This document shows, piece by piece, positions 33,678-39,252 of a stretch of DNA of 39,252 nt. The stretch spans positions 1 through 39,252 of IMG/VR virus record IMGVR_UViG_3300047669_002405. One strand, written 5' to 3'. The notes under the pieces were generated by a model that worked only from the letters and a program-made list of their open reading frames with translations, ran no database searches and had not been told where the DNA came from. This DNA comes from a virus. Taxonomy: Duplodnaviria > Caudoviricetes. The position numbers were made by a program, and so were the translations under genes. The stretch's first letter is position 1; the number at the start of each line of letters is the position of its first letter.

Positions 33678-34418
33678 ATGAACATAAGAAAGAAAAGATT
33701 CGAATTTGAAATTGATTTCTCCGAAGAGATATCCTCCGCTTACCTTAAGGAGTGCGAACACGACACCTGTTCAAGCTCCTCTTGTGATTGCGATTGTCAC
33801 AATGATGCGACAGCTCAGAAACGCTTTGGGGGCGAAAAGCGGAGCTCTCTTAAGGATAGTGATTTTCTAGACCCTAAGAGGAGGTCTTTTCCCGTTATGT
33901 CGTGCCAAGACGTAGTTGACGCTGTTAGTTCTTGGGGGAGGTATACGGGAGAGATGACGTTCGAAGAATTCAAGGGTAAATTAACCCGTAGAGCTAAAAG
34001 CTTAGGATGCGAAAACTCATTGCCTAAAAAATGGAGAGAGGAATCTAAGTCTGCCGAGGAAACGAAGAAAGAATGGGATAAAACCGACAAGAAAGAACTC
34101 AAACGAGACTCCAAGAAAGAGAAGGGCGAACATGAAAAAGACGCGATTAAAGATGACGAGGATAAAATCAAGAAACTAAAAAAAGGGAAACCCTCTGAAA
34201 AGAAAAGCGTCATGGTACACGATCTTAAAAAAGACGAAAAGCTTGACAAGAAAGACGAGGTTTCAATCTCCAAAAAGAAGCTTCCACCGTGGCTCGAAAA
34301 ACTGGTGCTAAACAAGAAGAAGAAGGGTGACAAGAAGGACGACAAGAAGGACGACAAGAAGGGTAACAAGAAAGGTGACAAGAAGGACGACAAGAAGGGC
34401 GAGAAGAAAAAAAAGTAA
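33678..34418 (+). CDS. Charged protein with Cys/His motif, DUF6582-like domain and Lys/Asp repeats
   Basis: CEHDTC....CDCDCH; RSSLKDSDFLDPKRRSFPV...DAV; KKGD/KKDD tail. Confidence 0.65.
   Translation: MNIRKKRFEFEIDFSEEISSAYLKECEHDTCSSSSCDCDCHNDATAQKRFGGEKRSSLKDSDFLDPKRRSFPVMSCQDVVDAVSSWGRYTGEMTFEEFKGKLTRRAKSLGCENSLPKKWREESKSAEETKKEWDKTDKKELKRDSKKEKGEHEKDAIKDDEDKIKKLKKGKPSEKKSVMVHDLKKDEKLDKKDEVSISKKKLPPWLEKLVLNKKKKGDKKDDKKDDKKGNKKGDKKDDKKGEKKKK
34320..34403 (+). repeat. 12-bp coding tandem repeat x7 (consensus AAGAAGGACGAC)
   Basis: Encodes KKGD KKDD KKDD KKGN KKGD KKDD KKGE. Confidence 0.85.
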
Positions 34419-34439
34419 AGGACGAAACTATACCAGTAA

Positions 34440-34961
34440 ATGGATACAAGGCTCTACAACCAAAACGTCTTAGCGGACTTAAAACTCCTTGAGGAGATTA
34501 TTGAGGCGAAAACTTTAAATAAGCCCTTTAGGACCCCAAAGGGGCCGAAGAAGTTTTCTGTTTACGTGAAGAACGAGAAGGGCAACGTTGTGAAGGTTAA
34601 CTTCGGCGATCCAAATATGGAGATAAAGAGGGACGACCCAAATCGCCGTAAAAACTTTCGCGCAAGACACAATTGTGATAATTCTGGCCCTAAAACTAAG
34701 GCTAGGTACTGGTCGTGTAAAATGTGGGAGGCTAAAAAATCTGTTACCGACTACACCAAAGGGGGAATTGATTCTTGGGACGGCGAAGAACTTCATGATT
34801 ATAAATTGCTACTGCTTCTTAACCCTAGTCTAGCTAACGCTCAAGACTCCTCAGGAGAGCTCGAAGAAAAAGAAGAAGGTTGCTGTGGCGGAGGTTGCGG
34901 TTGTCACGAAAACAAGAAACAGCCGACGAAACAACCCTCAAGCGAGCCTTGTGACGAATAA
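34440..34961 (+). CDS. Conserved phage protein (KKF.VYV...FG...FRARH.C...YWSC family) with Cys-rich tail
   Basis: Motif recurrent in large aquatic phages; function unknown. Confidence 0.7.
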   Translation: MDTRLYNQNVLADLKLLEEIIEAKTLNKPFRTPKGPKKFSVYVKNEKGNVVKVNFGDPNMEIKRDDPNRRKNFRARHNCDNSGPKTKARYWSCKMWEAKKSVTDYTKGGIDSWDGEELHDYKLLLLLNPSLANAQDSSGELEEKEEGCCGGGCGCHENKKQPTKQPSSEPCDE

Positions 34962-35883
34962 TCAAGCTAACCCACTAGAGCTTGCTGCTCAATGGATCGA
35001 AAGCGATACGGCACACGTACTTAGAAAAAAAGATCGCCCAGAAATCGATGTATTTTATGTAGGACTTGGCAAAAGTGGTTCGACATCTTTCCGACGCGGT
35101 TTCCCTGATTGTAACACCGCTCACTTTCATGACACTTATGATGCTTTTCGTCGTAATGAAAAACTTCACGAAAAGATTACCAACGCCAATTTAAACATCT
35201 ATGATGTAATTGCGTACATTGCTAAGCGTGATGGCTACAAACCTCTTGTCGCGGAGACGATAAGAGAGCCTATGTCTCGAACCTTTTCCGAAGCGTTGCA
35301 ACATCTAAAAAACCACCACCACTCCGAAACGGGTTGCGAGTGTACCCTTTGCGATTGGAGGCGAGGAGAAGAGATAAGCCCTGAAAAATTACACGACACA
35401 ATCAGAGACTATATCAAACTCACAATTCGCTCAAGAGGCTTAATAACCCTCCCCTTAGCAAGTCTTTCCGAAGATTTCATAAAGTCGAAAAAACTCCCTC
35501 TTTCTATACTCGCATCAGAACGTTTCAATATAAATTTCCTTAATGAATTTAGTTTGGAAAAAAAGTTCTTTTATAAAGAAACGGAAGATATAAAATTTTT
35601 ATTTACGCGCTTTGAGGAAATTCAAAATCGAGAATTATTACTTAAATCTATCGGCTATAACTATGCCTCGACTCACCAAAACAATGCAAAATCGAAAAAG
35701 AATTGGAGTAGATATTCCGGTGCAGATAAAGTGTTCGAGTGTTACGAAATCATCAAAGACAATCCTGATTTATTAAAATTTGACGCCGAAGACATAGAAT
35801 TGCTGTACGGCGACGAAGTTCTTCGAAAATTTTATTCCCCAGAGGAAATAGAATTCTTCATGGAAAAACATACAAAAAAATAG
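34951..35883 (+). CDS. Sulfotransferase-like protein
   Basis: 5'-PSB-like VGLGKSGSTSF and 3'-PB-like IREPMSRTFS; GTG start at 34951 inferred. Confidence 0.6.
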   Translation: MTNNQANPLELAAQWIESDTAHVLRKKDRPEIDVFYVGLGKSGSTSFRRGFPDCNTAHFHDTYDAFRRNEKLHEKITNANLNIYDVIAYIAKRDGYKPLVAETIREPMSRTFSEALQHLKNHHHSETGCECTLCDWRRGEEISPEKLHDTIRDYIKLTIRSRGLITLPLASLSEDFIKSKKLPLSILASERFNINFLNEFSLEKKFFYKETEDIKFLFTRFEEIQNRELLLKSIGYNYASTHQNNAKSKKNWSRYSGADKVFECYEIIKDNPDLLKFDAEDIELLYGDEVLRKFYSPEEIEFFMEKHTKK

Positions 35884-35953
35884 ATGCACATAGTTAACGT
35901 GACTTCAATTAGCTTCTAAGATGATTATCTAATAATCTTTTAGCTCTTTTTAG

Positions 35954-35967
35954 GTGTATTTATATAC
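35954..35967 (+). promoter_or_regulatory. GTGTA-N9-ATG upstream motif
   Basis: GTGTATTTATATAC-ATG(35968). Confidence 0.6.
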
Positions 35968-36192
35968 ATGAAGGAACTGGAGGTACAAGGATTCCTTATC
36001 CACGTATATGAAGACGTTAGCGCTGAGGACGAGGAAGAGCTAGGGGAAGACTTTCAGTGCGTTGACGGTAAAGTCGTCATATATGACCCCCTTCAAGAAC
36101 TGACTGACGAAGGAGCTCTAATACTTGTAAAATACCTTAAGGACGAGGGCTTGATTGAATCTCTTTCGGTGTGGTGCGAGATTATAATTTAG
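35968..36192 (+). CDS. Hypothetical acidic protein
   Basis: 74-aa ORF behind the GTGTA motif. Confidence 0.65.
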   Translation: MKELEVQGFLIHVYEDVSAEDEEELGEDFQCVDGKVVIYDPLQELTDEGALILVKYLKDEGLIESLSVWCEIII

Positions 36193-36511
36193 AGTTTATT
36201 TGGTGCAAATTTTTTATTTGACCAGCTAAGGTTAAACAGTTAGAGCAGTCTATGGATTTAGTTTTTACCGTCAATGGGTAACTCAATTCCCTGTCGACTC
36301 TTATTCCCTCTATCCTCCACTCGGGCTCTACAAATTCATCCACGAAGTCTCCCCAGCCCTTCGCCTTCAGCATCTTAAAATATGAATCAATGTCTTTCTT
36401 GGGGCTTTCCACTACAATATCCATGTTTAAATCGATTTTGCAGAGCATCGTTAAATGCCTGAAGAACAGCCCCTCCTTGCAGGATAATTTGTCCACAATT
36501 AACAAAACCAT
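36182..36511 (-). CDS. Hypothetical protein
   Basis: ATG at 36511 lies 10 nt after a minus-strand GTGTA (36526-36522). Confidence 0.65.
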   Translation of the reverse strand: MVLLIVDKLSCKEGLFFRHLTMLCKIDLNMDIVVESPKKDIDSYFKMLKAKGWGDFVDEFVEPEWRIEGIRVDRELSYPLTVKTKSIDCSNCLTLAGQIKNLHQINSKL

Positions 36512-36547
36512 CGGATATATATACACTTGATAGGTGTATAAATATGT
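36512..36547. promoter_or_regulatory. Back-to-back divergent GTGTA motifs
   Basis: Minus: GTGTATATATATCCG-ATG(36511). Plus: GTGTATAAATATGT-ATG(36548). Confidence 0.65.
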
Positions 36548-36790
36548 ATGAAATCTGAGGTCGAAGAGCTCAAGCGAGTCTTTGAGGAAAACGTGTCAAG
36601 TCATTGGGTCCCTTGGGGGAGAGCGTTTGACAATTTTCTTGACTACGCTGTACAGTTAAAAAAAAGTAAACTCACAGATAGGTTCGTGTCTCACGAGCTT
36701 TCTAGATGCACAACCCTATTAGTTGTAAAAAAGATTGACCCAAAGGGGATAGCGTCGAGCTTTACCCTCAGGGATAATGTACAAAAATAA
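36548..36790 (+). CDS. Hypothetical protein
   Basis: 80-aa ORF behind the GTGTA motif. Confidence 0.6.
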   Translation: MKSEVEELKRVFEENVSSHWVPWGRAFDNFLDYAVQLKKSKLTDRFVSHELSRCTTLLVVKKIDPKGIASSFTLRDNVQK

Positions 36791-36965
36791 AATGAAAAAC
36801 CTCTCAACAGCCCTAAGATTAGTGAGCCAAATACTGGAAGAATCCCAAAGAAAAGATAAGCTGGACAAAGTTAATCCAGAAATTAAATTCCAAGACAAGA
36901 TCGGAGAAAGCTTCACGACCTTCCATTTAAAGCAGTTAAAAGAGCTCCTAGAGTCAGAAAGCTAG
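36777..36965 (+). CDS. Hypothetical protein
   Basis: 62-aa ORF overlapping the previous gene; start may be the second Met. Confidence 0.55.
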   Translation: MYKNKMKNLSTALRLVSQILEESQRKDKLDKVNPEIKFQDKIGESFTTFHLKQLKELLESES

Positions 36966-36991
36966 TCCGCTAAGCTCTATTTGTGGAAAAA

Positions 36992-37005
36992 GTGTATATA
37001 TATGT
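36992..37005 (+). promoter_or_regulatory. GTGTA-N9-ATG upstream motif
   Basis: GTGTATATATATGT-ATG(37006). Confidence 0.6.
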
Positions 37006-37284
37006 ATGAGAAAGGGAGTAAGTAAGGCTAGTCGTAAGCATCCGCCAGTCAGCGATGACGTAGTGGAGATATACTGGGTGGACATAGTCGGGTTTGTCCA
37101 AGAAGAAACGTCTCAATGGAAGCCAGCGGTGGCTTGGTCCGTGGGGAGAGTTTTGGAGGTTATCTCAGAGAGTGAAGATGTCCCTTATCTACTAATAGCT
37201 TCTAGCGGGTATGAAGATGGTGACAAAACTGCTGACGGATTAGCTATACCATTAGGTTGCATAAAGTCTTGGAAGAAAGTATAA
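37006..37284 (+). CDS. Conserved small phage protein (V.I.W.D...SVG...IP..CI family)
   Basis: Recurrent phage hypothetical motif pattern. Confidence 0.65.
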   Translation: MRKGVSKASRKHPPVSDDVVEIYWVDIVGFVQEETSQWKPAVAWSVGRVLEVISESEDVPYLLIASSGYEDGDKTADGLAIPLGCIKSWKKV

Positions 37285-37291
37285 TCTTTCT

Positions 37292-38023
37292 GTGAGACAT
37301 GTAATAGGAGGAATCGGAGATTTTCTTCAGAGCGTTGACTCTGTACGAGAGGGCGAAGAACTTAATGTTTTTTCCCACTTTAAGGCGTCGGAGTCTTTTT
37401 TTAGTGGTCTTGGGATAAAATGCAATTTCCACCCCTTTGATAAGGTTGAAGAGTTAAGCGATCACGGATTCTATCTTGGTCAAAGCGAACAAGTCGAAAG
37501 AGCTCACTTTCAGAAAATCCTTTCCCTTCCTGAGTCGAGCTACGCGCTAGCTCGCTCAAACACGGAGGACTTTTATTTTGATGAGATCATTGGGATTCAT
37601 CCCGTTGGTAGTAGATTTTCCAACGATTTCTGGGATAAGCTCGGCGAACCTCTTAAGATTATCCCACCTTGGCTCTTGAAAGAGGGGCTGGAGAATACGA
37701 AAAACTACTTCATCTTTGGCACTAAAGAGGAGCTAAAGCCGTACAGAGAAGAACTGGGCGAACCAAAAAACATAAAGTATGTTGACTATGATTATATATG
37801 GGATAGTTTAGCTCATGTCTTAATGTGTAAAAAGATTATCGCGATAGATAGCTCGATAAAATCCATGGCTGCCGTGAAGAGGATACCGAGCGTGGTATTT
37901 ATTGGCGACTATGAAGACGAATTTAGAGACGCTAATTTTATTAATCCCTATGTTCGGGAAGGGCTTATGCGTCCGGTTAGATTCAAGACTATGGAGAGAA
38001 GGCATTTAGATTTTTTTAAATAA
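37292..38023 (+). CDS. GT9-like glycosyltransferase
   Basis: GGIGDFL, IGIHPVGS, IIAIDSSIKSMAA..RIPSV. Confidence 0.7.
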   Translation: MRHVIGGIGDFLQSVDSVREGEELNVFSHFKASESFFSGLGIKCNFHPFDKVEELSDHGFYLGQSEQVERAHFQKILSLPESSYALARSNTEDFYFDEIIGIHPVGSRFSNDFWDKLGEPLKIIPPWLLKEGLENTKNYFIFGTKEELKPYREELGEPKNIKYVDYDYIWDSLAHVLMCKKIIAIDSSIKSMAAVKRIPSVVFIGDYEDEFRDANFINPYVREGLMRPVRFKTMERRHLDFFK

Positions 38024-38034
38024 AATAAAATAAA

Positions 38035-38790
38035 ATGAAAGTAATACTCAGAGCTTGCGATAGTAAAGATAGCGTTAACGGCTTGCCTCGCCCGTGGGGT
38101 TTATCGAAGAGAGAAGTTATTGAAACTTGCTTTCGGACATTGCACCTATCGCTCAAAGGACATCCTTATGAACTTCATATAATTGGAGATGGCCTCTCAG
38201 ATGAGATAAAGGAGTTTTTTAAGTCTTTGGAGCCTAATTCGACCTTGCATGAGTATAACGGTCTGGGAAATGACGGCAGCATAATGAAATCTTTCGAGTT
38301 GGCGGAATCTTTCGAGGATGAGGATTTGATCTATTTTTGCGAAGATGACTATATACATGTGTTTGATAGTTTTTATGATAAGATAAGTTTTTTCATGGAT
38401 ACTTACAAGGACCATGAAACTCCCTTTTTCGTGCACCCTAGCGACTACCCAGATCAATACAGTAGGTTGATGAAAAAGTCTTTCGTGCTCCTTTCCAGAG
38501 ATTGTCACTTCAGGGAGGTCTGCTCCAGTACTTTCACTTTTTTGGTTCACAAAAAGAATTTTATGAAGTTCGCGGACGTCTTTAAAAAATCTAGCGATGG
38601 AGCTCAAGATGGTGAATTTTCTAAAATTTTTGGAGATAAAGCTCTTTGCTTCAGCCCTATTCCCGGATTAGCTTCGCACATGCACCAAGGCACGATGGGG
38701 CCTTATACCTTATGGGACATGGTCCAACATTACGCGAATGATTTATGCGGTGTGAACCAGCAGATAACCACTCTAGAGATTAATAGATGA
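38035..38790 (+). CDS. GT-A fold glycosyltransferase
   Basis: IIGDG, LGNDGS, IYFCEDDYIH, SPIPGLASHMH. Confidence 0.7.
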   Translation: MKVILRACDSKDSVNGLPRPWGLSKREVIETCFRTLHLSLKGHPYELHIIGDGLSDEIKEFFKSLEPNSTLHEYNGLGNDGSIMKSFELAESFEDEDLIYFCEDDYIHVFDSFYDKISFFMDTYKDHETPFFVHPSDYPDQYSRLMKKSFVLLSRDCHFREVCSSTFTFLVHKKNFMKFADVFKKSSDGAQDGEFSKIFGDKALCFSPIPGLASHMHQGTMGPYTLWDMVQHYANDLCGVNQQITTLEINR

Positions 38791-39252
38791 TAGACTTCAT
38801 TAACAACATTAACAAAACTACCTTAAGTCTTAACTTAAGGTTCTTTTTGTATAAAAACTCAAAAGGTGAGATGCGAGTACAATGTAGACCCTCCGAAAAA
38901 GGTCTCTTAAAAAAAGGTCACGAGGAAAAGACCGTCGCTTGCTTAGTGGGGTTACCTAAAACGGGTCACAGCACTGCTCGAGAAAAGCTTAAAGGTATGT
39001 CTCCAGAATGGAAAATGGATGTTCCCTCGCCTAGCGAAATGTTTATTTACGCCAGCGACCACCATCTTTTCGACGGATTAGTGCCACTTTCACCAGAACG
39101 CGTAATTGAGAAAATGCAGGAATGGTTTCATAAGACTGAGTTCGAGAAAGCTAAGCAGACGATGAAATGTGTTCTAGAAAAACATTCTTTAACTCATGAT
39201 GATGTTTTGTATTTTTCATTTGTAAGAAATCCATTTGATCAAGCTTACTCTG
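38787..39252 (+). CDS. Sulfotransferase family protein, 3' truncated (absent from ORF track)
   Basis: ATGA-coupled start; VGLPKTGHST and FSFVRNPFDQAYS PAPS-binding motifs. Confidence 0.75.
   Translation, partial: MIDFINNINKTTLSLNLRFFLYKNSKGEMRVQCRPSEKGLLKKGHEEKTVACLVGLPKTGHSTAREKLKGMSPEWKMDVPSPSEMFIYASDHHLFDGLVPLSPERVIEKMQEWFHKTEFEKAKQTMKCVLEKHSLTHDDVLYFSFVRNPFDQAYS

Noticed and set aside
33815-34449. Antisense ORFs of 192 and 74 aa
   Set aside because: Shadows of the Lys/Asp low-complexity plus-strand gene (Phe/Ser/Leu and PSC repeats).
4302-38607. Many short opposite-strand ORFs nested in long genes (e.g. 4302, 6244, 11343, 17888, 21990, 38197)
   Set aside because: Overlap well-supported genes on the other strand and show no recognisable motifs or start signals.
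1-39252. Alternative genetic code (stop reassignment)
   Set aside because: Conserved genes are full length under code 11, TAA, TAG and TGA all terminate genes, and there is no suppressor tRNA.

Overview
Gene-dense fragment of a large lytic dsDNA bacteriophage (standard genetic code; no integrase, CRISPR or host housekeeping genes seen). Left end: a 5'-truncated collagen-like fibre gene with three repeated globular domains. 3.1-28.7 kb, mostly minus strand: replication, recombination and nucleotide metabolism genes. These include a family-C DNA polymerase split into three translationally coupled genes (PHP, DEDDh exonuclease, DnaE core), primase, DnaB helicase, RecA, a Rad52-like annealing protein, a Whirly-like ssDNA-binding candidate, NrdA with a Tyr-less class Ic-type NrdB, and dNMP kinase, all interleaved with glycan genes. 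28.7-39.3 kb, mostly plus strand: dCMP deaminase, dUTPase, four tRNAs (including Ile-UAU), HNH nuclease, secreted protease, a Cys-rich lipoprotein, more glycosyltransferases and two sulfotransferase-like genes. Best leads: (1) a ~355-nt ORF-free, densely structured minus-strand RNA at 27870-28224 that I cannot assign to a known class; (2) a dispersed glycosylation/sulfation/hydroxylation toolkit beside a collagen fibre; (3) a GTGTA-N9/10-ATG upstream motif alongside apparently leaderless sigma70-type promoters; (4) the tripartite DnaE and the class Ic RNR. All protein calls come from motif recognition by eye; no searches were run.
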